Positions 19,895 through 32,500 of a stretch of DNA of 64,000 nucleotides are shown piece after piece; the stretch's first letter is position 1, and each line of letters begins with the position of its first letter. The stretch covers positions 33,568 to 97,567 of the forward strand of contig JBGSSJ010000011.1 of the NCBI GenBank assembly GCA_041737125.1. The letters are read 5' to 3'. A program made the translations under genes and the position numbers. The notes beneath the pieces were generated by a model. The model was not told the DNA's origin, searched no databases, and saw only the letters and a list, made by a program, of their open reading frames with translations. Source of the DNA: Minisyncoccia bacterium (GTDB lineage: Bacteria; Patescibacteriota; Minisyncoccia; Phycocordibacterales; UBA9973).

Positions 19895-20983
19895 TTAGTA
19901 AGTAGCAGTAGCGACGTATGTGTGATTTGCAGTATAAGTTCCTGCTTCTGTTACAGCATCAATGTTTGCAAGGTATCTTAGTGAGTATGTTGTTGTAGCA
20001 GAAGGACCTCCGACACTAGCTAGTGTTACTGCAGTTGATGCAGTAGGAGTCCATGCATATCCAGATGCTGCGAACGGTGCTTGGACGGCACCACTTCCGC
20101 CAGATGCTGTAGCTCTGACTCCGAACTGTTCTGTGGCAGGAGATGAAGCAGTGTTAACTGCTAATGGTGTTATTGTATTTGCTCCTGAAGTAAGAGTTGC
20201 ACCCTGAGCTGTAATTACATATCCTGATGTAGCATTTGTTCCAGCTGTGATATTAAAAGCTTCTGTCTCTGTAGTAGTAGGACAAGTTACGGCTCCAGGA
20301 TCAGTTCCTTGAGCGAAACAGGCACCAGCAGTACGCAAGTTACCGAAGAATACTGTATTGTCAGACAAAGCAAAAGATATACTAGGCACAACTAAAGCAT
20401 TCACCACAACTACATCATCAGATACGATTGGTATACCTATAGTTCCAGTATCAGTGAAAGTTCCAGATATATATAATAGTGTAGTTCCAGCAGAACCGTT
20501 TGTTATCTGTTGATCACCAGTAGCACCCGTAGTAGCATTTGTTCCTATTTCAATAACTATCACACTACCACCAGCTACAGCTGTAGTGCCGTTCGTAAAT
20601 GTAATTACTGTACCTGAAGTGCGAACTACTCCCCATGTCGCAGCAGCGGGAGCAGCAGCGAGAGTCACATCAACACCATCATCAGTTAAATCTATGTCAG
20701 TAAAATCAAGTGGGGCAGGAATACTCGTGGAGTTATCGAATGTAAGTATTATAGTCTGTCCAGAAGCAACACCAGTTGGAGTAGTGAATGTTATAGTATG
20801 GTTTGCTACAGTTGAAGCTTTTTCTGCATTTGTCGCACCTGTTGCAGGTGAGAGCCTATCAGACATAGCGGTAAGAGATGCAGCTTCTGCTACTTTTGTA
20901 AAGTATGGAGTAAAAGAAGTTACACATACGAACATGAACATTAGGACGACGTTGGTAATATTTAAAAGTGTTGATTTTTTCAT
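19895..20983 (-). CDS. Secreted Thr/Ala-rich WxL/pilin-like subunit
   Basis: Signal peptide (AEAA); beta-rich; C-terminus ANIDAVTEAGTYTANHTYVATATY; paralogous to the next gene. Confidence 0.6.
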   Translation of the reverse strand: MKKSTLLNITNVVLMFMFVCVTSFTPYFTKVAEAASLTAMSDRLSPATGATNAEKASTVANHTITFTTPTGVASGQTIILTFDNSTSIPAPLDFTDIDLTDDGVDVTLAAAPAAATWGVVRTSGTVITFTNGTTAVAGGSVIVIEIGTNATTGATGDQQITNGSAGTTLLYISGTFTDTGTIGIPIVSDDVVVVNALVVPSISFALSDNTVFFGNLRTAGACFAQGTDPGAVTCPTTTETEAFNITAGTNATSGYVITAQGATLTSGANTITPLAVNTASSPATEQFGVRATASGGSGAVQAPFAASGYAWTPTASTAVTLASVGGPSATTTYSLRYLANIDAVTEAGTYTANHTYVATATY

Positions 20984-21083
20984 ATTTAATAAATTTTAAT
21001 AATAAATTACTCTTTAAGTAGATATATTTTACCATATTTTAAAGGTAAAATATACAAAGATAGCTGTTGATAACTATCATAAA

Positions 21084-22082
21084 CTAAAATGTTCCAGTGA
21101 CCACATAATTGATATGAGCTACATAGGCACCCGCTGCTGTATTACTGTCTATATTACCTACATATCGGACTGAGTAGACAGTATTACTATTATCCCCCGC
21201 CCCGCTTGCAAGCTCGTCTGGGAATGATCCAGTATCGAGAGCAAAACCTGAAGCAGCATATGGCGAAGTTACAGTGCCTGTACCACTAGTTACACTTGCG
21301 CGTAATCCGAACTGCTCTGTCCCTACGCTTGGAGCAGTATTTGTACCACCGATAGCATCTATAGTATTGCCTCCATATGTAAGAGTAGTTCCATCCACAG
21401 ATAGAACGTAGCCACTAGGCGCATTTGTACTAGCAGAAATTGTATGCGCCTCGACTTCGGTACCACTTCCAGTACTTGTATCTGCATATCTCGACGCTCC
21501 GGCTGATAAATTACCAAAGTTTACAGTATTAGCGGAAATTGAGAAATTAATACTAAGTGGAATAATAGTAGCACAAAGCTTGCGTGTATAAGCCGAACCA
21601 TCACCCAATGTGGCATTATCAGAGCCGGACAAAGATAGAAGTGTTGTATCGTAGCCAGAACAATTGTTGTCTTGATAGCCACTTGATATCTCATTTGCGG
21701 TGACAGAATCAGAAAGACAGACATTAGAGCCATAAGTATTCACACTTGTCTCTTGCATGTGGGCATTCGTCGCCGAAGAAATTCTTCCTAGTATTTCATA
21801 GTTACCACTACAAGAGTTCCCTATCGACAAAATACCAGTACAACAGACAACATTATTATCATAATTAACGTTGGATTGGCTGGGTAATTCTGCATGAGCA
21901 TTAGTCGAACCCGACATACGAAGTATTACAGTTCCCGTACAAGAGCCCACGGTCGTAACCGAGCAAGTAAGTGCACCATAAGCATAAGATGTAGGTATCA
22001 TAATTAATAAAGCCAAAAATAGAGACAAAATAGTTCCCGAAATTTTATCTTTTTTAGTTTTATCAATTATGTTTAAAAACAT
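21084..22082 (-). CDS. Secreted WxL/pilin-like subunit with a Cys-rich N-terminal domain
   Basis: N-terminal repeats SxxTNAH...C; C-terminal domain homologous to 19895..20983 (TNAxSGY, TEQFG.RA, AGAYVAHINYVVTGTF). Confidence 0.6.
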   Translation of the reverse strand: MFLNIIDKTKKDKISGTILSLFLALLIMIPTSYAYGALTCSVTTVGSCTGTVILRMSGSTNAHAELPSQSNVNYDNNVVCCTGILSIGNSCSGNYEILGRISSATNAHMQETSVNTYGSNVCLSDSVTANEISSGYQDNNCSGYDTTLLSLSGSDNATLGDGSAYTRKLCATIIPLSINFSISANTVNFGNLSAGASRYADTSTGSGTEVEAHTISASTNAPSGYVLSVDGTTLTYGGNTIDAIGGTNTAPSVGTEQFGLRASVTSGTGTVTSPYAASGFALDTGSFPDELASGAGDNSNTVYSVRYVGNIDSNTAAGAYVAHINYVVTGTF

Positions 22083-22090
22083 TTTATAGA

Positions 22091-22483
22091 CTATTGCTCG
22101 TCCAAAGGCACACTCTCTGCATTATTCTTTGTATTTAATGGAGCAATATTAATTATCTTATTTGCTACAGGATCAAACAATATAGCCTTTTTAGCATTAC
22201 TATATATGAGGACTTTATAACCAACTTTTGAATCTGCAAAGAATGCCTGATCTCGAAGTGCTTCTGGATCAGAGACCGTAGCTATGGTCGGAGTCTCACC
22301 TTCTGGAAGAAGTACAATTCTACCTACTTTTTTTGAAAGACTCTGTGCTTCAGCCATAGATTCTTGAACACTAGTATCTAAAAGCTTACTCTGTTTATAG
22401 AAGTAGACTGCTGCCACCCCCAATCCTATTACCAAGATAATAAGGATAAATAAGATATATTTTTTTAACAATGTATTTTTCAT
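22091..22483 (-). CDS. Small single-TM hypothetical protein
   Basis: TM helix, then LPEGETPTIATV...QAFF...GYKVLIY..KAILFDP. Start probably MKNTLL (ORF track 22504). Confidence 0.7.
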   Translation of the reverse strand: MKNTLLKKYILFILIILVIGLGVAAVYFYKQSKLLDTSVQESMAEAQSLSKKVGRIVLLPEGETPTIATVSDPEALRDQAFFADSKVGYKVLIYSNAKKAILFDPVANKIINIAPLNTKNNAESVPLDEQ

Positions 22484-22504
22484 ATTTATAATTCTATTAC
22501 ACAA

Positions 22505-23542
22505 TTACAATTTATTCAACCTACTATCTTTACCTATCTTTTCATAGAAAAAGTGAGAGATTTGTTTAATGATATTTTGTTGCTTATTTAAGTCGTTACC
22601 TCGAGTCATCACGCACAATATGTATGGCGCCTCCAAATGATATACAATACCGCAGTCGTGCAACTGAATTATATCTTCCTTTACATTTTTAAAGTCAGTA
22701 GGAAAACGCTCACCATATTTATGTGCAACTTTTATTTTATTTGGAACACCGGCCACTAATCCATCATGATAATTGTTTTCTGAAAGTATTTTTAATACTG
22801 TTTCCGAATGTTCTCTATTCAAATATGAAGCATTGAAAAGAATACGATAAAATGATGCCATATCCTTAATTCGTAGGAATATTTCATTATCTTGATTTAC
22901 ACGAACAACGCCAATATTGAGAAAAGTATTATCAATATATTCTTTTGGGATCTGTTCATATAGCATTGCAGTTGCGACATTGTCTGAATTCTTAATCATT
23001 TTTTCTGCAAGCACAGCGAGCGAGTACGGTTGACCAATTTGAATATCTGTAGGCTCTGAATTTATCTGATCTGGAATGTTAGAGAAAAACCGCTGTTCCG
23101 CAATAACCACTTTGGAGAGAGCTGAAGGTGTAGTTTCTGACCATTTATAAAGAGCAATGATAAGTGGTGTCTTAAGCATACTTGCAGGTGTAAAGTATTC
23201 CTTTTCATTTATACCTATCCATGGACCATTATTCAAATCTCGAAAGTATACAGATATGTGATTAATATATTTCTCTTCTTGAATTTTTTCTACAAATCTT
23301 CGCACCTCGCTAGAATCTAGCATAGCCTCTGAAGAAGATGTGGATAGCTCGAAATCAAGAATAGGATTAGTAAACTTATATTCCCCACCCTTCTCTCTCG
23401 TAATAGTTCCCTTTGTTTGATTCTTAAGATTTATGATTCGTGCTTGCTGAACTATAATTATGACCAAAAATACTATTGCTATCGTGCAGAAAATAGTTGT
23501 TTTCTTATTCAAGCTATTTTTATTTATTTTGGGTATTGCCAT
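22505..23542 (-). CDS. Membrane-anchored class A beta-lactamase-fold serine hydrolase (PBP-like)
   Basis: SxxK (ASMLK), SDN and HKYG motifs; N-terminal TM; no obvious omega-loop ExxLN. Confidence 0.85.
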   Translation of the reverse strand: MAIPKINKNSLNKKTTIFCTIAIVFLVIIIVQQARIINLKNQTKGTITREKGGEYKFTNPILDFELSTSSSEAMLDSSEVRRFVEKIQEEKYINHISVYFRDLNNGPWIGINEKEYFTPASMLKTPLIIALYKWSETTPSALSKVVIAEQRFFSNIPDQINSEPTDIQIGQPYSLAVLAEKMIKNSDNVATAMLYEQIPKEYIDNTFLNIGVVRVNQDNEIFLRIKDMASFYRILFNASYLNREHSETVLKILSENNYHDGLVAGVPNKIKVAHKYGERFPTDFKNVKEDIIQLHDCGIVYHLEAPYILCVMTRGNDLNKQQNIIKQISHFFYEKIGKDSRLNKL

Positions 23543-23544
23543 AA

Positions 23545-26500
23545 TTAATATTCTGAGACTGTAGTATTATCAGTATTTTCTTCTATTATAAGTGGTGCTT
23601 CCACAGTTACTTTTGGGCTCGGAACAGGCGTACTCTCCTCTATTATAGGTGCGGGTTCATCTGGAGAAGTTACTTCCTCAATAATTATTTCCTCAGTTAC
23701 TATTTCGGGTACTAGTTCAGTAGAGGGATTTTCCGGTGATGGGACATCATCTTCTTGGGGTACTTGTTCTAGAGGAGCTTCTGTAGGTATTTCTATGTCG
23801 AGTCCTTCTACTAGACTCTCTACAATTTTAGGATCTTTTACGCCTAATGCTACCCAAGAGAAGCGTATATCCCGAGGTGCTTTCTTATTCAAGAATATTG
23901 TGAACCCTGTTTGATCTTTCTCTACCACTAGGTGGCGTACATCTTCGAAGAAGAATGCTTCAGCAGTGGCATCATCCATATTATCTGTAACCTCAAATGT
24001 AATATTTGTGGTTATCACAGGCGTGGTCACATAAGGCTCATCGAATACTACTCGCACTCGTCGGTCTTCCTCTTTTATAAGAGCAAAACCTGCTGTATCT
24101 TTGTTAAATATTGGTGGGATAGTGAACTCTGTCTGTGCACCGAAGACTACAGAGCCATCAAATGTAGTACTATTGGCAAAGAATGAAAGTCCACTAAACT
24201 GTGCTTTGCCTTCGAAAGTACTCTCTCCTGTTGCTTTGAAATTTGCTGTAGTTACTGATGTGAGTGCATCAAATGCATTTGCTCCGAGCAATGTTTCAAG
24301 TGCAGTGATTCGCTCAATCAGCGCATCAAAACCAGCAATTTTAGTAGCTTCAATTTCTTGTGCAGTAATTTTACCATTAAATACTGCATTTCCGAGTGCA
24401 TCAATAGTCATAACCGCAGCATCTTCACTATTTTTCTTTACAGAGAAGATTCCATTATTAAGAACAAGCGCGAGTGATCCATCTATTCCCCCAGTGAGCT
24501 GGCTTGTCACTACAGTATCAGCAATAAGTGTAGGTGTAAGAATTTCAAACCCAGCAGCAATTCTATCTGTGAAGAAGCTCTCTAGTGGAAGAGCGTTTGT
24601 CTCCTTGTCATCACGTGTTGCACGCAAGAATGACATGATAGACCATTGTGTTCCAAGCTCTGCTGTAAGTCCATCAACTGAAACATGGCCGTCTTCTATA
24701 GAACCATATTCTTGTGCAAGAATCTCTACATTTTGACCAAGTGATTCTCCAAGCCCAACAAAGAGCATAACATATCCGCACTGTATTCCTGTTGATGATT
24801 GCACTTGTTCTCCTTGCGCTTCACCTTCTACACGCTCTCCACCTACCCATGGACCTTCAGGAAGAGCAACATTTTCAAGTGCTGGAAGAGGGGCATCGCA
24901 TGAAGTCATTCCGTATGGCTCATTGAGTACACGACCTATCACTGCTCCGGCTGAAGTCGCGCGCATTGCATATCCTTCACGGGAAGACGAGGTGAGGAGG
25001 TCACCTACCTTTATAGGGCCATTTTCTGTCGTTACCTTAACAGGTACACGACCGGAGAGCGCAACAGCGTATGCATTTTCTGCTACAGGTCCTAAAATAA
25101 GTCCTGGTCGTGTGGAAATAACACCGAGCAGATTCTTTTGATACCTTCGAGAAGACTTACCAATTCCAGCTTCTTGACTTGGTTCAATGGAGACGACATC
25201 GCCTGCCTCAAGTGTTTCATTTGAGTAATAGTACTCAGCAAGGTCGGCTCCTTGACCGAGACCAAGCACATCTTGTGTGGCCCCAAAGAGACCACTAGCC
25301 ACCAAACTCATTCGAACATCCTCAAGAGCAAGGAGCGTATCTGCTTGGAGTTGTTTTATACTTACATCTTTTCTTTCTACTCTGATACCTGTACCAGTGG
25401 CAAACAAGATAGTATCCGTATATATAGCTATTGATTTTATGTCATCAGAACCAGTACCACTCCACGTAGTACCAAAATCATCTTCTTCAATACCAGAATC
25501 ACTACTATGCACTTCTGTTTTAATTCCTCCTGCCCCAGCATTTGTAAATGTTGAAATTCCTCCACCATCTGCCCCATCATCAGTACCAACATACAAACTA
25601 CGAGTCTTGTTAATTTGTGTAGGGGCATCAACAGCAATAGAGGTTACGTTATTTGTAGATCCATAGAGCTTAGAAGGAGAAACTCGGTAATCACTTGTTG
25701 CATCTGGTGTGACCGACCATGCAGGCGCCACAGTAAAGGCAGTTGCATCATTTGAAATAATATTTCTTGTTTGTCCAGCCCCAGTTCCTCCAGTGATTTC
25801 AACAACAAGCGAAGTAAATGAATTTGGAACATAGGTTGCAGTCGTACTTCCTATTGTCGTTCCACTGAAAATATCAGCATTCTCAACGGAGGTTTGTGGT
25901 CGTATGAGATGTGTTCGTCCATCAAGGAAGCGTCTATTTGCAGAAGCAGAAACGGTACCTGAAGATGTCGTTGCACCTGCACTCCACGTGAATTCATCAA
26001 TTTCTCCATCCCAGAAACTATCCCCTGTGGCGCAGTTAGCCCCAGTACATCGGCCACCAATGGTGAGCACTTGTGCTGCGTCAAGTGTTGCTGTTGCTGC
26101 AAGAGCTGTATCACACGCAGCTGCCAAGCGTCCGTCTATATACATACATAAGTCTGTGTCAGTATTCGTAAGCAAGAAATGATGCCACTGACCATCGTTC
26201 CATGTTCCAGAAGAAGTCAAACCGTCATCCATCGACAAAGTTCCCACAGTTGTCCATGTCCCATCATCATCAATACCTGCAGTGATAGTTCCTGTAGTTG
26301 TCATACCAGCATAGATACAAGCGGCAGCTGTAGGAGTTGCAGGAGTATAACATCGCTCAAAGAGCACATCAGCTGCTGCGGTCGTTGAATGTTTAAACCA
26401 AAGCGAAACCGTAAAGGAAGTTGCTGCAACGTTGTTGTCTGTATCACTGTCACACGTGCCGTCCGCATTGGCATCACTACAGAGGTACGAGTTATTATTG

Positions 26501-29500
26501 AAATTCACTGACCCTCCTCGAATACCATTACCTCCAAATGTTGGTGCTGTTGCGCCTGCTTGGTCAAGTGGATTTCTGGTCGTCCCCGTATTTCCAACCG
26601 CACTATTTGTAGATGTCGCACCTACTGCATCATCAAAAAGGTACGCTGAACGGACTCCTCCATTCATATACGGAGTTGCACTATCCTTCGTTGTGATCTT
26701 TGACCATGAGGCATTCGCAAGTGCACCTCCTGATGTGTGCACTTCTGCAAGACCTTGGTTTGTACCGACAAACACAATATCACCTGAGTCAATCTGTCCC
26801 GCTGCAGCAGCTTCCCTTGCAGCAGAACCACGCTCAATCACTGCAAGAGCGCTCGGTGAAGTCGAAATAGTGGGAACAGCCCCCTCAAGTGTAATCGGCG
26901 TATTCCCGGCGAGTGTTTCGTCATACCATCGTGTAGGAGTTCCGTTTGCCTGTGTTGTTATCACCGTATCTACTCCGCGCCATTCTTCAAGTTGAGCGCG
27001 CGTTTCATTCGTCGCATACATACGACCACGCTTAGTCATGTACACCTGATTGTAGTCATCATTTGTTGCATCAGAATAGTTGATGACCTTTCGTGCTCCC
27101 ATATTGATAACAGACACTCCAGAGTCAGTAGCAGCTGCAATAATAGTGACTCCAAGCATTGGTCCTCCTTGAGAATCAACTGGCGCAATAAGTGTACCCG
27201 CTCTTCCTTCCATGGATCCAGTCTGAACATTTACTGACACATCATTGACTGTGTTGTTGATAATAGCAAAACCTGTCTCTGCATTAGCAGCATACGTGGC
27301 AGTTGAATTTCGATTGCCAATATTTATATCTGCTTGAGTCCTGTTTGTAGTGTTATATCTATATAGAACATCTTGTTTAAAATCAAATGCATATAAACCT
27401 GTAGCAGAAGCCCCGTTTGTACCAACATAAATAACACCATTTTGAGCAGTTACTCCAGAGGGGTTGTTGTTAGTATCTGCACCGAGTGCATAGGTGCCCG
27501 CTTGAGTAAACTTCATCCAAAGTGAATTATCAGCACTGTCAAATATATACAGTCCATCAGCAGTCGTAGCAATAATAGCCTTACGAGGAAAGGCTGAACT
27601 TCCACAACGATCATCAGTTGAGATACTACATGCATCTCCTGCCCCATCGTCTTTAGCCTCAGTTGCCCAAGATCTTTGCATCATCTCTAGAGAGTTACGC
27701 CACTCACCTGCATCAACATCAACAGATGTATCGTATATAAATGTATCTATAACCCCAGTGAGACTCCGTGCAATAGTTCCCCCTTTTACAATAAGGTCTC
27801 CATATACAAGTGCATTACCACGACTTATAGCGGTACCGACTTGGAAAATATCGTTGGTTGTTGAAGATCCATCAGAGAGAACAAGTGTTCCGTTATCTGC
27901 AAGTGTCATTTGTGGAGTTGCATCAATAAATCTGATGTCGCTATCCCATCCAGAACCAATCACAAGTGCATTCTCTGTTGCTGCAGTACCTGTGATGTTT
28001 GCGATATTTAAACCATTAAATGTCTCATCACCTGATGGTGTGTTTACTGGAATGAGTGTAATGTTGAGTCCTGAGTTTGTGTTTGTTGTTCCGTTTCCGA
28101 CTTCCATTGCAATAGAGAGCCCATCGACTCCGTCAGTGACTATCCCTGTTGTTCCACCAGTTAAATTTACTACCATCGAGTCGGCGGTAGGTATAACATT
28201 GTTCGCAGTGTTCTGTATAGTGATAGAGCCCAAGGTTGAAGTGTTGCCGGAACTATCTATCTGGAAGAGGTCACCGTTACCAACAGTAAAGAGTGATGCG
28301 GGTGATGCATCTCCGATACCGACGTTACCATTATTAAAAATAAAACCATTACTAGGACTATCACCATTTACTGCTAAATACACACTAGAACCATTACCAC
28401 TAAAATCACCTATGTAAACATTATCTAAGGCTTCAAGATAAATATTTCCACTGGACGCTCCATTCGTAACGTCTAAAATACCTCTAGGAGCTATAGTTCC
28501 TATACCTACCCTCCCGCCCATATCTGGCACCAACAAGGCATAATTATCCGTCCCTCCTGTTGCACTTGCATATAACGCTACATTAGTAGATGACGTTCCT
28601 GTTTTAACATTGGTAAAATAACCACCATAGGTCGTTTGAGTTGAAGTAGCGTTTGCACCCGACTGTGCGACTTCAAATATTTTCTGTGCATTTGATGCTG
28701 CAGCAGTAGAAGTAGACGAGAGTTTGAGTCCTGTTGCGCCCGCGAGTGTATTCCATTGCCATTCTTGAGTGTAGTCCGCATTGTTGATAGTGTTGGTAGC
28801 TCCTGCTGCAGAGAGACTAGAAAGTGCAACCGCTCCTCCACAAGAAGCAACTGAAAGCGTTCCTGATCCGTTTGACTGGAGACATCCAGATGCATCTGCA
28901 GCAGGAAGAGTCCATGTGTATGACGCAGTAACAGCAGCGGGAGCTTGGAGTGCTGCAAAGTCTGTCCCTCCTCCTGTTTCGACAAATCGCAAATCAGCCC
29001 CTGCAAAGAGTGATGTGTTCCCTGATCCATCTACTTGGAAGAGGTCGCCGGAGCCGACAGTGAAGAGTGAAGCGGGTGATGTGTCTCCAATCCCCACATT
29101 CCCACTATTAAGTATCCTCATCGCTTCAGTGGCTCCGTTGTTCCCCGTCTGGAAAATAATATCTGCACCTGTTGTTCCCACTCCTGAAGTTGAGCGAAGC
29201 GTTAGTGGAGATGTAGTAGTGGTACCTCCGATAACAAGTGGTGTGGTGATGTCTGTGGTGAATGTTGGAGATGTAGAGAAGACAGCAAGGCCAGAACCAG
29301 TTTCGTCTGTGAGAGCGCTTGCTAAGTTTGCAGATGACGGAGTAGAGAGCCATGTAGAAATTCCACTACCGAGTGTGGTTACAGAAAGTGCACCTGTTCC
29401 TCCTGATGTAGTAACAAATCCATTCGTAGAAAGTCCTGAGAATGTGATACTACCACTTGATGTGATACCTGTGGCTGCAATAATTGCTCCTGTACTATCT

Positions 29501-32500
29501 ACTTGAAATTGAGATGTGGAGCCGACGGTGAACGCTGAGTCAGGTGTGACATCTCCGATACCCAGATTTGCTGCTTCATTCCTAAAATAACTATTACCGT
29601 TTGCATTCAAAACAATTACAGCAACTCCATTTCTTTGAATATCAATACGACCTTGATCTGAGTTTCCATTATAAAGCCTGACTACTCTTCGTGATGAGTT
29701 TGCCCCTTCGACATACAATTCACTCCCTTTAGAAAGTCTGACATTGCCTCCCACATCAAGTTTCTCTGCAGGTGAAAGACCAATACCGACGTTTCCACTA
29801 TTAAGTATCCTCATCGCTTCCGTCGCTCCATTGTTCCCTGTTTGGAAAATAATATTTGCACCTGTTGTTCCCACTCCTGAAGTTGAGCGAAGTGTCAGTG
29901 GTGATGTTGTAGTTGTTCCTCCGATAATAAGTGGAGTGGTGATGTCTGTGGTGAAGGTTGGAGATGTAGAGAAGACAGCAAGGCCAGAACCAGTTTCGTC
30001 TGTGAGTGATCCTGCAAGGTCTGCAGAGGTGAATGATCCTGTCGCTGTACCATAAAGTGTACCTGATGTTGGGAGCGTAACATTTGTTGTACCTGTAGAG
30101 GTAAATGTAGTATTAAATGCACCAGAGGTAGTGAGCGCTCCTCCGAGGGTAATTATTTTACCTGCACTATTGTTCACACCGGTACCTCCGTTTGTTGGAG
30201 AGAGAAGTCCAGAGACAGCAGACGACGAAGCGATGTTGATAGCTCCAAATGCAAGTGCAGTACCTCCCCCATTAAGACGAAGGACTTGGTTCCCTGTACC
30301 TACGATATCAGCTACATCTCCTGTTGTGTTTGTTTCTCTACCGATGACTGATACTCCTGCAGACTGTCTCAATTTCCCGTCAGTAACAGTATTTGCATCG
30401 ATAGTCATTACTGTTCCTGTTCCTGATACTGTTATATCGCCGTAATCAAGATCAGAGAGCCCACCACTCACCGCGCTCCAGCTTCCATCTCCCCTTAGGA
30501 ACGTTGATGCACTAGGTGTCCCCGTGATAGCTGATGCAAAGATAGGAAGTGTGTTTGATGCAATCTTTTCAAAAACGCCAGTTCCAGTATTACGAGTGAT
30601 GAGATCGTATGAGCCTGCTGAAGTTGTAGGTGTTGTGGAGAGCGTGAGAGTTCCGGATGATGTGATACCTGTGGCTGCTGTAATAGCACCACCAGAAGTG
30701 ACTTGGAATTGTGCAGCAGAGCCTACGTTGAATAATGAAGTTGAAGTAGTAGAACCAATAGTGACATTACCACTTGCCTCAATTCTCATTTTTTCACTTC
30801 GCGTAGTAGAGTTATTCGCAGTTGTCTCAAATCGGAGACTTGTTCCATATGCAGAACCATCACTCCACGCTTGAGAAGTATATGCAGCAATACCAGCAGT
30901 AGAGCGCAGTGGTTGTGCCCCCGAAGAAGACCCTCCAAACAATACGCCCCCCAATCGATCAAGTGAAGACATTGCTCCCCCGTCATTACTATAGAGCCCT
31001 ATGAGTGCGCCAGCAAAAGCACCTGATGCGCCTCTACTCTCACCGGCAAACACAAGACCTGACGTAGCCCCGCTGGACGAAACAGATACAGATTCAGTCC
31101 CCACAACAGAATCGAACGATGAGTGTGTTGCACCGAGCGTTAGTTTGGATACAGGACTTGCTGTCCCTAATCCCAACCTATCATTCGTATCATCCCAAAA
31201 GAAATTCGCATTGTCTTGAACGATTGTTGTACCGTTTGAGAATAGTACTGAACCGGTAGTTAGTGATGGAAGTGTGAACTTTGCATTGATTTGTGATTGT
31301 ATTCCTGAAGTCACCCCTTTGACATATGATATTTCTGTGAGTGATGGATATGTTACAGTTGCAAGTGAACCTAGAGTATTTGTTCCACTCCAGTAGGTCA
31401 GTTCGTTTGCAACCCCTGTACCAACGGAGGTGAGGTATGTACTTGAATCTAGTGATCCATCACCTTTAATAAAGTCTGTACTGGCACCTATACCAGTGGA
31501 AGTTAAGTTCTTGGATGCATCAGTGAATACAACCTTTGATGCTGTGAGGCCAGAGAAGTTGATGGTTCCTGATGATGTGATACCGGTAGCCGCGGCGATG
31601 GCACCGGAGGAGTTGACTTGGAAGAGGTCGCCAGAGCCGACAGTGAGCATCGCTGCAGGAGTAGTGTCGCCAATACCAACGTTACCATCACCACCTATTC
31701 TCATTCTTTCTCCATCTCCAGCACGGAACTGAAGAAAACTTGTCGCATCAGCAGTACCTGAACCATTTCCAGAAACAGAAGTATAACCAGAGTTCGTGCC
31801 GAAATATAAATTCTGGTTAAACCCAACACCTACAGATCCGGTAAATGTACCCGCACCAGTAACAGTAAGCGGAAAAGTCGGCGTGTTCGTCCCGATACCG
31901 ACGTTTCCAGCATTTACAATGAGCCCATAGTTAGCAGTTGTAGCTCCTGATGCATCTAAGTAGAGAGCTACGTTTGTACCTGAGGTAGCATTTGTTTTCG
32001 TGTTTGATATTTGCGCACCGTACGTAGTGATAGCATTCGTAGATGTTGCACCGGAAGTGAGGATATTCAAACCAGTTTGTGACGCGCCTGCGTCGGTGCC
32101 TGAGATTTGAATATCAATTAATCTTCCCGATGTAAGACTTGATGAAGCAAGATATGCACCAGTACCTGTAGTAAGGGAGTTGAAGTTTCCTACTAATGCT
32201 GATGCTGTGGTAGCTTGGGTAGTGTTTGCTGAAGTAAGTGCAATTGTGCCTGTAGTAGTGAGTCCCGTTGCTGCCACAATAGCACCGGTCGAGTTCACCT
32301 GAAATGCATCACCTGAGCCCACAGTAAGCATGGACGCTGGTGATGGGTCACCGATACCCAAAGATGCTGCAGCGTTTACAAAATAGCTATCTCCACTTGC
32401 ATTAAGTCGGATATTAACAGCTCCGTCTCTTTGGATATCAATCATTCCTTGACTCAACCCTCCACTGTTATACAAACGAACAGCGCGTCGTGCAGGAATA

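Noticed and set aside
22505-23542. Antibiotic resistance beta-lactamase
   Set aside because: No evident omega-loop Glu166 motif; membrane-anchored and embedded in a structural operon.
24101-31732. Long plus-strand ORFs antisense to the giant gene, and similar shadows over smc, purL and others
   Set aside because: Expected antisense shadows of biased codon use, with no motifs.
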